Assembly (NCBI GenBank): GCA_964421195.1
Contig: CAYQWL010000002.1
Span: 16,801-70,900, forward strand
Length of the DNA: 54,100 nucleotides
Origin: an uncultured bacterium
Lineage (GTDB): Bacteria; Muiribacteriota; UBA9980
Direction of reading: 5' to 3'
Shown here: positions 45,838 through 54,100 of the stretch, piece after piece
How positions within the stretch are numbered: the stretch's first letter is position 1
Layout of the letters: every line of letters begins with the position of its first letter
The notes under the pieces: generated by a model
The model's input: only the letters and a program-made list of their open reading frames with translations
Told to the model about the DNA's origin: nothing
Database searches by the model: none
Translations under genes and position numbers: made by a program

Positions 45838-47658
45838 TCACTCCTTCACGATAGCTGAGAATTTACATGTGCTCAGGCAGAGCAGACAGCCTGTGCATTT
45901 ATCGGCCGCGATAACATAAGGCGTGCCGGGCTTTCCGTAAATCGCGCCCTGCGGGCATTTACGAGCGCAAAGACTGCATCCTCTACATTTTTCGGTAACT
46001 ATAACGCATTTAACCATCGATGAGCAAACGTGAGTGGGGCATTTTTTTTCAAAAATATGAGCTTCATATTCGTCACGAAAATGTTTGAGCGTGGATAAAA
46101 CCGGGTTGCTCGCGGTCTGTCCGAGGCCGCAGAGCGAACTATTTTTAATAACTGAACATAGTTCTTCGAGTTCGAGAACGCCTTTAAATCTAAGAAGCTC
46201 ATCGGAAGATTTTTTCTGATTCGACACATTGAGCACTATTCTATCGAGTATTTCATAAAGCCTTTTCGTGCCTTCACGGCAGGGGATACATTTACCGCAG
46301 GATTCGTTCTGGATAAAATTCATGAAAAAACGAGCCACATCGACCATACAGGTGGTATCGTCCATTACGACCATACCGCCGGAGCCCATTATTGCGCCGT
46401 TTTCTTTAAGAGATTCATAAGTTATTTTAGTATCCATAAGTTTTTCCGGCATACATGCGCCGGAAGGGCCGCCGATCTGTACGGCTTTAAATTTACGGCC
46501 TTCAGGAACGCCGCCGGCTATATCGTTAATCAGGGTCCTCAATGTAATTCCCATCGGCACTTCTATAAGGCCGGAATATTTAACGCGGCCCGTTACGGCA
46601 AAAACTTTCGTGCCGAGCGATTTTCCTTCGCCGAACGCCGCGAATTTAGAGGAGCCTTCACGCAATATCCAGGGAACGTTAGCAAAAGTTTCGACGTTAT
46701 TAATAACGGTCGGCTTACCAAAAAGGCCTTTTTCGGCAGGATATGGCGGGCGCGGAGTCGGCATTCCACGTTTACCTTCTATAGAAGCGAGAAGCGCGGT
46801 TTCTTCACCGCATACAAAAGCTCCTGCGCCCTTTTTAACTTTAAGTTCAAAGCAAAACTTAGAATTAAGAATATTTTTACCGAGCACGCCTTTTTCTTTA
46901 CACTGCTTGATAGCGTTTTCGAGGCGTTCGATAGCGAGCGGATATTCGGCCCTCGCATAAATATATCCGAAAGAAGCGCCGATAGCGTAAGCGCCGATAA
47001 TTATACCTTCTATAACTCTGAACGGATCGCTTTCGAGCACGGCGCGATCCATAAACGCGCCGGGATCGCCTTCGTCGGCGTTCATAACTATATATTTTTT
47101 ATTACCAGGCTGTTTATACGCCAGGTCCCATTTAATGGAAGTCGGAAACCCGCCGCCGCCGCGGCCCCTTAATCCGGATTTTTTTATCTCGTCTATAACA
47201 TCCTCCGGTTTCATAGCTGAAAGCACTTTCTTTAAAGCCACGAATCCAAGAGCTTTTGAATAATCATCAAACGAATAAGGGTTTATTATACCGCAATTTT
47301 CAAGCGCCACTCTTTTTTGACGGGCAAAATAAGGCGTTTCATAAACGCATGGCATATTCGGAGTTTTTTTATAAGTGCCGAGAAGCCATTTATTGGAATA
47401 ATTTTTATTATCGATCATTTCGATTAAAAACTCGGTAACGTTTTGAGGAGTTATTTCGCAATAAGCCATACGCGGCATGGAAGAAAATTCGAAATCGACC
47501 ATAACCTCGCGCGAGCAATAACCGATACAACCGACCGGTATCATTTCAAAAGCCATTTTACGAACATCGAGAAAATCTTCGATTGTTTTTTTTATTTCGA
47601 GCGCTCCCTGCGCAAGACCGCAGGTACCCATCCCGATATATACCTTTAACTTATCCAT
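45838..47658 (-). CDS. hydB: NADH-binding flavin subunit HydB (NuoF-like)
   Basis: N-terminal thioredoxin-like FeS, SGLRGRGGGGFPT, NADEGDPGAFMDR, GAFVCGEET, ESCGKCIPCREG, C-terminal 2x[4Fe-4S]; GGAGG SD. Confidence 0.96.
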   Translation of the reverse strand: MDKLKVYIGMGTCGLAQGALEIKKTIEDFLDVRKMAFEMIPVGCIGYCSREVMVDFEFSSMPRMAYCEITPQNVTEFLIEMIDNKNYSNKWLLGTYKKTPNMPCVYETPYFARQKRVALENCGIINPYSFDDYSKALGFVALKKVLSAMKPEDVIDEIKKSGLRGRGGGGFPTSIKWDLAYKQPGNKKYIVMNADEGDPGAFMDRAVLESDPFRVIEGIIIGAYAIGASFGYIYARAEYPLAIERLENAIKQCKEKGVLGKNILNSKFCFELKVKKGAGAFVCGEETALLASIEGKRGMPTPRPPYPAEKGLFGKPTVINNVETFANVPWILREGSSKFAAFGEGKSLGTKVFAVTGRVKYSGLIEVPMGITLRTLINDIAGGVPEGRKFKAVQIGGPSGACMPEKLMDTKITYESLKENGAIMGSGGMVVMDDTTCMVDVARFFMNFIQNESCGKCIPCREGTKRLYEILDRIVLNVSNQKKSSDELLRFKGVLELEELCSVIKNSSLCGLGQTASNPVLSTLKHFRDEYEAHIFEKKCPTHVCSSMVKCVIVTEKCRGCSLCARKCPQGAIYGKPGTPYVIAADKCTGCLLCLSTCKFSAIVKE

Positions 47659-47808
47659 AAAATTTTTCCTCCAGGATTATATTTATGATATATTTTTATT
47701 TATTCATAACTTCATGCTTTATATTTTACATTATGTTTTATATCTTACATTTTATAAAAACAATAAAGCATTAGATGTTTTTCAATCATCCGAAATTCGG
47801 AATTTAAA

Positions 47809-48969
47809 TTAATGCGCCGCGGCCTGACTTTTATTAGAATCTTTTTCATTAAGATAATCGACTTTAAGCTTATCTACTATTGCAAGAGTCTTTGCGACGT
47901 CGAGATGCCCGTAAAATTTATCATTAATCATAATAACCGGCGCGATAGAGCACGCGCCAAGGCAGGCGACCTGCTGAAGTGAAAATATTTTATCGCGGGT
48001 AGTCTGACCGACCTCTATCTTTAAATGCTCTTTAAGCGCATTTAATATATTAAGAGAGCCTTTAACGTGACATGCGGTGCCGCGGCATACGGCTATTTGA
48101 AAATGCCCCGGCGGAGTGAGTTTAAATTGATTATAAAAAGTCGCCACTCCATATACTTTAGAATCGGCTATACCGAGATATTCCGAAATTTTGATTATAT
48201 CGTCTTTCGAGATATAACCTCTTATATCCTGAACATCCTGCAATATTGGAATTAAGTTATCCCTTGATTTAGCGTATTTATTAAACGCCTCATAAATTCG
48301 TTTTTCGATGTCACCGTTAACCATTTCAATTTTCCCTCCATTGTTTCTATAGTTGTTCAGATTAATTTGATATGACAGGAACATATAACTTGCGGCCAGA
48401 TTCTCGTTTTTAACGATCGCGTCGTCCGGCAGTTTTAAATGAACCGGCGCGAAATTCCAGAAATAACGAACACCAAGTTCATATAATTTAGCCGCTACTT
48501 TAGCCGCGCCATTCGCGGGCAATGTCAAAACGGCAAGCTTAACGCCAAGCGTACTGATTACTTCTGAAAGATTGTCAAGCGGTAATATTTTAAAAGTTTC
48601 AACCGTAGTGCCGATAACCTGTGGTGAATGATCGAATATCGCGACTATTTTCAAACCGTAATTAAAAAAATTCGAATAATTACTCACGGCCCTGCCAAGG
48701 TTGCCGGCCCCGATGACTATCGCTTTATTAACGGTAGTCGTACCAAGAACCATTTTAATCGCCGAAATAAATTCATTTATTTCATAGCCCTTATTAGGCT
48801 TTCCATTCAAATTAAGAAATGAAAGGTCTTTTTTTATATTATTCTGGTCTATAAAAAAATGTTTTGAAAGAATCGACGAGCTTATAAATTCATGGCCCTG
48901 CTCTTTTAAATGACACGCTAACTGAAGATACCTGGGCAATCTTTCAACGATTCTAAGACTGAAATCCAT
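47809..48969 (-). CDS. rex-hydC: In-frame fusion of redox-sensing repressor Rex (aa ~1-205) and HydC/NuoE-like [2Fe-2S] subunit (aa 216-386)
   Basis: Rex: ERLPRY, IKKDLS, GKPNKGY, GAGNLGRA, NFAP. HydC: LIPILQDVQ, VATFYNQF, VCRGTACHVKG, CLGACSIAPV. No stop codon between the two parts. Confidence 0.9.
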   Translation of the reverse strand: MDFSLRIVERLPRYLQLACHLKEQGHEFISSSILSKHFFIDQNNIKKDLSFLNLNGKPNKGYEINEFISAIKMVLGTTTVNKAIVIGAGNLGRAVSNYSNFFNYGLKIVAIFDHSPQVIGTTVETFKILPLDNLSEVISTLGVKLAVLTLPANGAAKVAAKLYELGVRYFWNFAPVHLKLPDDAIVKNENLAASYMFLSYQINLNNYRNNGGKIEMVNGDIEKRIYEAFNKYAKSRDNLIPILQDVQDIRGYISKDDIIKISEYLGIADSKVYGVATFYNQFKLTPPGHFQIAVCRGTACHVKGSLNILNALKEHLKIEVGQTTRDKIFSLQQVACLGACSIAPVIMINDKFYGHLDVAKTLAIVDKLKVDYLNEKDSNKSQAAAH

Positions 48970-48992
48970 ATATCGTTCGCCCCATTAAAGAT

Positions 48993-49010
48993 TAGTTATT
49001 TTTTTCACTA
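48993..49010. promoter_or_regulatory. Putative Rex operator
   Basis: The 18-bp site reads TAGTGAA-AAAA-ATAACTA on the minus strand, an imperfect palindrome resembling TTGTGAA-N4-TTCACAA / TTGTTAA-N4-TTAACAA. It lies just downstream of the -10 box. Confidence 0.6.
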
Positions 49011-49015
49011 TCAAA

Positions 49016-49044
49016 ATGATACACTTTTTTCAAATTAATGTCAA
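49016..49044 (-). promoter_or_regulatory. Sigma-70 promoter of the rex-hydC operon
   Basis: Minus strand TTGACA (49044-49039), N17, TATCAT (49021-49016). Confidence 0.7.
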
Positions 49045-49495
49045 GTTAATTTCGAGCATTTTTTGGTATTTTTTAGTTTTTTTTACAAAAAAGAGAAAAA
49101 AAATATCCAATTTATTTTATAACATTATTAATACAATATTTTTGAAAAAATATGTATTTTTTCACGCTAATCATTTAAATAAACTTAATATAACAACTAT
49201 AAAAACTTCTGGAACCGATTACGAATTTCCCTGTAAACACATTATTTTTTTTAAAAAAAATCAGCCTTTTTTTAATTAAGCTTATTTTTAGATTAATTAT
49301 ATTCATGTATATAATTTTAAAAATTATATTTTTATACATTTTTTTGATTTTTTTCTTGATTTTTTTATTTTATATGGTATAATTAATTTAACCTGAGTTA
49401 TGTTACTTTTTTCAACTCATTCGGAAACAGTGCAAGGGTTCGTTATTCTTTGAAAATTTGGGCTGGCCATTATAGCGGTCCGGGGATGGTGCAGT

Positions 49496-49942
49496 ATGTT
49501 AGAAAAAGTGAAAATCCTGCTTGCCGAAGACGATTTGAAAACAGCTTCATTAATTTACGAGCTGCTTTCTTCGAACTCCATCTACGAAATAAAGTGGGTA
49601 GAAAACGGGGCTGTAGCGGTAGAATCCGCTCTCAAAGAGAAGTTCGATATTATTTTCATGGACATTCAAATGCCGGTAATGGACGGCATCGAAGCCGTTA
49701 AAAAGCTTCGTTCTTCGGGCTATTCAGGCTTAATAGTCGCCCTGACAGCTTATTTTGAAAAAGAAAGATGCATGGCCGCCGGAATGAACGATTATATTCA
49801 AAAACCCTTTTCCATAAAAGATTTCATAAAAAAAATGAATGAAATAAATTATAAAAAAGGCGCAAACGAAGAACTGCGCCCCGCCTCGCCGCTTGAGCAG
49901 AGCGAAGCGCCCGTCGATCTTGAAAAATTTTTAAATCAATAA
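49496..49942 (+). CDS. Single-domain response regulator (REC)
   Basis: ILLAEDD, IIFMDIQMPVMDG, ALTA, YIQKP. Confidence 0.93.
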   Translation: MLEKVKILLAEDDLKTASLIYELLSSNSIYEIKWVENGAVAVESALKEKFDIIFMDIQMPVMDGIEAVKKLRSSGYSGLIVALTAYFEKERCMAAGMNDYIQKPFSIKDFIKKMNEINYKKGANEELRPASPLEQSEAPVDLEKFLNQ

Positions 49943-49969
49943 TATCAACGGTAATGGAACCGGGCGGCA

Positions 49970-50791
49970 ATGAACGAAAGATTCAATTTTGACAATTATG
50001 TTGACAGGGCATACGTAACCGGCAATATGCTCTTAGAAGCCGGCGAGCATGACCGCGCGCTCGAATGTTTCAATAAAGCTCTTGAATTAGACGAAGGATT
50101 TACCTGCGCCATGTTTCATAAAGGATTAGCTTTAGTGAACCTCAAGCGTTATGACGAAGCTATATGCTGCTACAATATGCTTCTTGACATAGACCCGAAA
50201 GACACAGGAGTGCTCGAACACAAGGGCGTCGCGCTCATTGAAATAAATCATTACGAAGAAGCCGCGAAATGCTATAAAAAACTTCTCGAATTAGAGCCTG
50301 ACAATTCCCGCGCATATCTAAAAATGGGGCATATTTATCAAATATATGGCAATTACAAAGAAGCCTTATCATATTTTGACAAATCGCTCGAATTAAATTA
50401 CGGCGACAGGCGGGCCTGGTATCTTAAAGGCATCGTTCTTGCCGAGCAGGGTTTACTTTCCTCGATAAAACATAAATTCAACGAAGCGCTTAAATGTTTT
50501 GAAAAAGCTTTAGAATGCGCCCCACGCGATACGGACGTATTAAAGGACAAAGCTAAGGTTCTGACTTATCTCGGCGACAACGAACGCGCTCTTATAATCT
50601 ATCATAAAATCAGCGATATAATTCCCGGCGATCCTATCGCCATTACCGCTCTTGCAAAACTTTACAAAAAAATGAACCGTCTCGAAGATTCGTTAGCATA
50701 TTACAAAAAACTTCTCGAAATAAATACGGATACAACCATAACCGCCGAAATAGAATATCTTACCAACCGCCTCAAAAACAAACATTATTAA
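49970..50791 (+). CDS. Tetratricopeptide repeat protein
   Basis: Repeated A..C[FY].KALEL.P/ KG.AL motifs at about 34-aa spacing. Confidence 0.92.
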   Translation: MNERFNFDNYVDRAYVTGNMLLEAGEHDRALECFNKALELDEGFTCAMFHKGLALVNLKRYDEAICCYNMLLDIDPKDTGVLEHKGVALIEINHYEEAAKCYKKLLELEPDNSRAYLKMGHIYQIYGNYKEALSYFDKSLELNYGDRRAWYLKGIVLAEQGLLSSIKHKFNEALKCFEKALECAPRDTDVLKDKAKVLTYLGDNERALIIYHKISDIIPGDPIAITALAKLYKKMNRLEDSLAYYKKLLEINTDTTITAEIEYLTNRLKNKHY

Positions 50792-51007
50792 TATGTATTT
50801 TTAATATTCATAACGCGGCTTATCTAACATACAATCCCGGCCACGCCGTCCGGCCGCATTATCTTATCCGGCCTTTAAAATTTTTCACACCTCAAAATTT
50901 CAATCACAAACAATTCTATAAGCTTATTAAACTTATTTATAAGCTTAAATTATAAACTTAATTAACAAGTTTTTAATAAGCCCATTACTAAAATTCAAAA
51001 TTTTTCA

Positions 51008-51036
51008 TTGACAAAAGGCCCGCGATTATCTATAAT
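51008..51036 (+). promoter_or_regulatory. Consensus sigma-70 promoter
   Basis: TTGACA-N17-TATAAT perfect match upstream of the 51134 gene. Confidence 0.75.
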
Positions 51037-51133
51037 ACATTATGTATATGTATCGAAAATATTACAGCATTCGTACCGAATGATTTAATATTAATAACAT
51101 GCAAACAAGCAACATCTCATTCAGGAGGAACAA

Positions 51134-51919
51134 ATGTATTTATTTAATTCTAAAAAAATCAAACTCTCCCTGTTAACCGCCGCGGTATTCATTTTTACGC
51201 TTGCATTAACCACCGGCGCATACGCCGCCGAAAAAATAAGCCTTGAATATAAATATAAGCCAGGCGATAAGTTTAAATACGACATTACAATGGACGGCAA
51301 AACCATTATGGAAACCGCCGGCAATAAAGGCGAAGCTCCGGTGGACGTTAAAATGCAAATAGAACAGAATGTTTTATTCGTAAACAAAAAAAACGGCAAT
51401 ATTGATATACAGACGAAAATACTGTCAGGAAAAGCCAGAAACGCCGAAGGCGCATTCGAAGACCTTAAAAATGTCGGCAATACTGTTTATATGACCATAA
51501 CGAAACGCGGAGAACTGCTCGGAGCCACTTCTTATGATTCAAATTACGATCCCATATCGGTATCGATCAGTTTTCCTGAAGGCCCGATAGAAGTCGGAAA
51601 AAAATGGTCCACCGAAGTAAAGCAGCCTATTCCAATGAAAATCAACTATCAACTTAAAGAATTAAGAACGATTAAAGGCCGTAAATGCGCCGTTATAGAA
51701 CAAAATATAGAAGTCGAAGCCGGCGTTAAAAATATCGCCGCGAAAGGCAGCGGCAAAATATTTTTTGACATCGAAAAGGGCCAGATGGTAATGGTAGAAA
51801 CTACGAACGACATGAAGATGGACCAGCAAATAGAAAACGACTCACCAAACCTCGGACCGGCCGTAAAAAAAGTTAAAACAACCGTAAATCTTAAAACAAA
51901 GATGGAACTAATCAAATAA
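51134..51919 (+). CDS. Secreted beta-rich hypothetical protein (DUF6263-like)
   Basis: AGGAGG SD; signal ...TGAYA; LEYKYKPGDKFKY, FPEGPIEVGKKW, IFFDIEKG. The family name is tentative. Confidence 0.65.
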   Translation: MYLFNSKKIKLSLLTAAVFIFTLALTTGAYAAEKISLEYKYKPGDKFKYDITMDGKTIMETAGNKGEAPVDVKMQIEQNVLFVNKKNGNIDIQTKILSGKARNAEGAFEDLKNVGNTVYMTITKRGELLGATSYDSNYDPISVSISFPEGPIEVGKKWSTEVKQPIPMKINYQLKELRTIKGRKCAVIEQNIEVEAGVKNIAAKGSGKIFFDIEKGQMVMVETTNDMKMDQQIENDSPNLGPAVKKVKTTVNLKTKMELIK

Positions 51920-51931
51920 ATATGGAATAAA

Positions 51932-53941
51932 ATGTCAATCGATTTCGATAAATTAGAAAAAAACATCGCCGCGGGTTCCGGCGAAGCTTCGAAGCGCGCC
52001 GTACTGGCGGAGCTTTCTGATTCAAACGACCCGCGGGCGAAAAAAATATTAGAAAACCTCGCGCGCGATAAGAGCATGGCTATTAAGCTGCTCGCCTCTT
52101 CGTATATAAAAAAAAATTTTTCGGAAGGCGCCCAACCCGAAAACTCTTCCACGGCAACTTATAACGCCGCGAGCGGTTCGAGCGCAAGGCAGGCGGCACC
52201 GTCCGTTTCATCCGCCGTATCCTCGCAGGCGGCGGGCGGCGATCTTTTGCAAAACCTTTTTAACGCCGATTTCGTTAAATTCGTCGCCGCGCCGCTCGGA
52301 ATAATAGCCATTTTGGGTTTGTTTTCACCCGCGATACCGGCTTTTTTCTTTTTCGGCGCATACCTTTTACTGGTAATCACCGTTTCTTTATTTTATGATA
52401 AACAAATAGCTATTCCATCGGTTTTAGTAATATGTATGATAGCCATGCTTTTTTATGCCGCTGGCCTCATCGTAAATTTCAAGCCGACCTTTCTTTTAAT
52501 GGCCGTTTTTACAATCGCGGGAACGTATATATCTTTCGTTACGACCGAACTGCGAGAAAAAAACATCAACTCGCGCTCAACGGTAGAAGATTTAAAATCA
52601 CAGGTCATGCAGCTCAAAAGGCTTCTTGACAAACGTAAAGATTTTAATGAAGCGCAAAAAGACATGGATATTATCACTAAAATGAAAAACGATCTTAACG
52701 TTAAATCGCGGCGTCTCGGCGAAACGATGATTCAGATACACGAGCTTATTTCCAGCCAGAAAACCGATGAAATTATAGAACGAGTGACCAAACTGCTTAC
52801 AAGGCAGCTCGGCGCCCGATCGGTATCCGTCTGGATAGCCAACTCAAAATTTCATTCAATATACCCGCTCGGCTGTTCCGAAAAGCATATAGATCCACAA
52901 AGCTACATGAACATGAACATCTCCCTCGACGAAGAGACTATCATTACCAAAGTATCGCGTGAAGGCGGATTTTATACGGGGGAAGAACTGAAAAAAATAT
53001 CCGAATACGAACCATTTTCGACGGAATACGACATCAAAAGTGAATTCAGCGTATCGATGGATGCCGGTAATAAAATAATCGGGGTAATTAACTGTGAAGA
53101 AATCACCGACATGTTCGAATTAAACGATGAAAATAAGAAATTAATAAAATTAATCGCCGACGTTGCGGCATGGGCGTTAAAAAATGCGGGTGATCTGGAG
53201 TTATCGAAACGCGATCTACAAAACATCAAACAGCTTTCAGACAGAGAGCGGGAAGAAAAAAAGAAAATTAGAAGCATATTCGATAAATTCGTATCGCCGA
53301 AGGTAATCGAAGAAATTATGAATAACCCGGCAAGTCTTTCTCTCGGCGGCAAGCGGCGCGCCATAACTATGTTTTTCGCCGACATACGCGGTTTTACTTC
53401 GATGAGTGAAACCCTCGCCGGCAATCCTGAAGTAGTTTTAGATGTGGTCAACCGTTTTCATTCCTCGATGACCGATATAATAATCGACCACGGCGGAACT
53501 ATCGATAAATATATAGGCGATGCTTTAATGGCGCTTTTCGGGGCCCCGATGAGCAGCTCTAAAATGGAAGACGACGCTTTTAATACCATTGCGGCCGCGC
53601 TATCCATTAAAAGCGAGTGCGTAAAAATACGTGAAAAACTTATTCATGAAGGAAAAACCCCCGTTAATGTCGGAATTGGCATTAACACCGGTGAAGTGGT
53701 AGTCGGCATGGTCGGCTCTACAAAAATGATGAACTATACGGCTATTGGCGACGCCGTAAACACGGCGGCGCGTATCGAGGCCAATGCAGGCGGCGGACAG
53801 GTTTTAATATCACGCGCCACTTACGAGCTCGTTAAAGACCGCATAGAAGCCAACGCACTTGAAGCCATAACGGTAAAAGGAAAACGCGAGCCCGTCGAAA
53901 TATTTGAAGTTATCAGCTTAAAACAATCGACGGATATGTAA
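51932..53941 (+). CDS. Membrane class III adenylate cyclase (HEAT-like N-terminus, TM helices, coiled coil, GAF, cyclase)
   Basis: FFADIRGFT, TIDKYIGDALMA, NYTAIGDAVNTAARIE, VKGKREPV; hydrophobic block at aa ~115-200; GAF-like IIGVINCE. Confidence 0.92.
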   Translation: MSIDFDKLEKNIAAGSGEASKRAVLAELSDSNDPRAKKILENLARDKSMAIKLLASSYIKKNFSEGAQPENSSTATYNAASGSSARQAAPSVSSAVSSQAAGGDLLQNLFNADFVKFVAAPLGIIAILGLFSPAIPAFFFFGAYLLLVITVSLFYDKQIAIPSVLVICMIAMLFYAAGLIVNFKPTFLLMAVFTIAGTYISFVTTELREKNINSRSTVEDLKSQVMQLKRLLDKRKDFNEAQKDMDIITKMKNDLNVKSRRLGETMIQIHELISSQKTDEIIERVTKLLTRQLGARSVSVWIANSKFHSIYPLGCSEKHIDPQSYMNMNISLDEETIITKVSREGGFYTGEELKKISEYEPFSTEYDIKSEFSVSMDAGNKIIGVINCEEITDMFELNDENKKLIKLIADVAAWALKNAGDLELSKRDLQNIKQLSDREREEKKKIRSIFDKFVSPKVIEEIMNNPASLSLGGKRRAITMFFADIRGFTSMSETLAGNPEVVLDVVNRFHSSMTDIIIDHGGTIDKYIGDALMALFGAPMSSSKMEDDAFNTIAAALSIKSECVKIREKLIHEGKTPVNVGIGINTGEVVVGMVGSTKMMNYTAIGDAVNTAARIEANAGGGQVLISRATYELVKDRIEANALEAITVKGKREPVEIFEVISLKQSTDM

Positions 53942-53975
53942 AACATATAACCAGATATATGAAATAACAAAGAAT

Positions 53976-54100
53976 ATGATAATTTTTTATAAAAACGGCA
54001 GAAAAAACGATAAAGGTTTTTTTATAAGCGGCGCCGAGATTGTCTGTTTTATTATTATAAATGTTTTAATGCTCGCCTCATTCGGCCTCGGTTCATCCAT
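53976..54100 (+). CDS. Possible N-terminus of a membrane/exported protein (3' truncated)
   Basis: Open frame MIIFYKNGRKNDKGFFISGAEIVCFIIINVLMLASFGLGSS... with a basic stretch followed by a hydrophobic one; no clear SD. Confidence 0.4.
   Translation, partial: MIIFYKNGRKNDKGFFISGAEIVCFIIINVLMLASFGLGSS

Noticed and set aside
49150-49420. Additional Rex-like half sites (TTCACG near 49161, TGTTAC...TTCAAC near 49400)
   Set aside because: Only one half matches and the palindromic symmetry is poor.
53976-54100. Type IV prepilin motif in KGFFISGAE
   Set aside because: The Glu is at +7, not the required +5, and the sequence is truncated by the window edge.
1-54100. CRISPR arrays, tRNA/rRNA, IS elements, integrases, reverse transcriptase/DGR
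   Set aside because: By eye I saw no regularly spaced direct repeats, cloverleaf or rRNA signatures, or transposase/RT motifs. tRNAscan-SE, CRISPR finders and ISEScan were not run.

Overview
Bacterial chromosomal window with AT-rich intergenic regions, from an anaerobic H2-metabolising organism. I cannot assign a taxon from the sequence alone. I saw no rRNA, tRNA, CRISPR array, transposase or integrase. The left third holds accessory secreted/lipoprotein genes and a tandem-GNAT + class II lanthipeptide synthetase (LanM) pair. The LanM has the ProcM-type CCG zinc motif and there is no precursor or exporter in the window. Two unannotated small ORFs behind a sigma-28-like promoter converge on lanM. 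The middle holds housekeeping genes (tex, MOSC, ABC ATPase, MFS, ssb) and a Moco/Wco riboswitch. The riboswitch unexpectedly leads an operon of pruA, a CxxCH-containing molybdopterin-domain-like protein and a TupA with a variant TTYS motif. The right third is a long minus-strand locus: a Rex-HydC in-frame fusion (with an internal SD+ATG and a Rex-like operator over its own promoter), hydB, hydA, a REC protein, a sensory group C [FeFe]-hydrogenase-histidine kinase, a REC-kinase hybrid and hydG. This runs by overlapping stop/start codons into a five-gene phospho-/methyl-glycan modification cluster. The window ends with REC, TPR, a secreted protein and a membrane GAF-adenylate cyclase. All family assignments come from motifs read by eye; no database searches were run.
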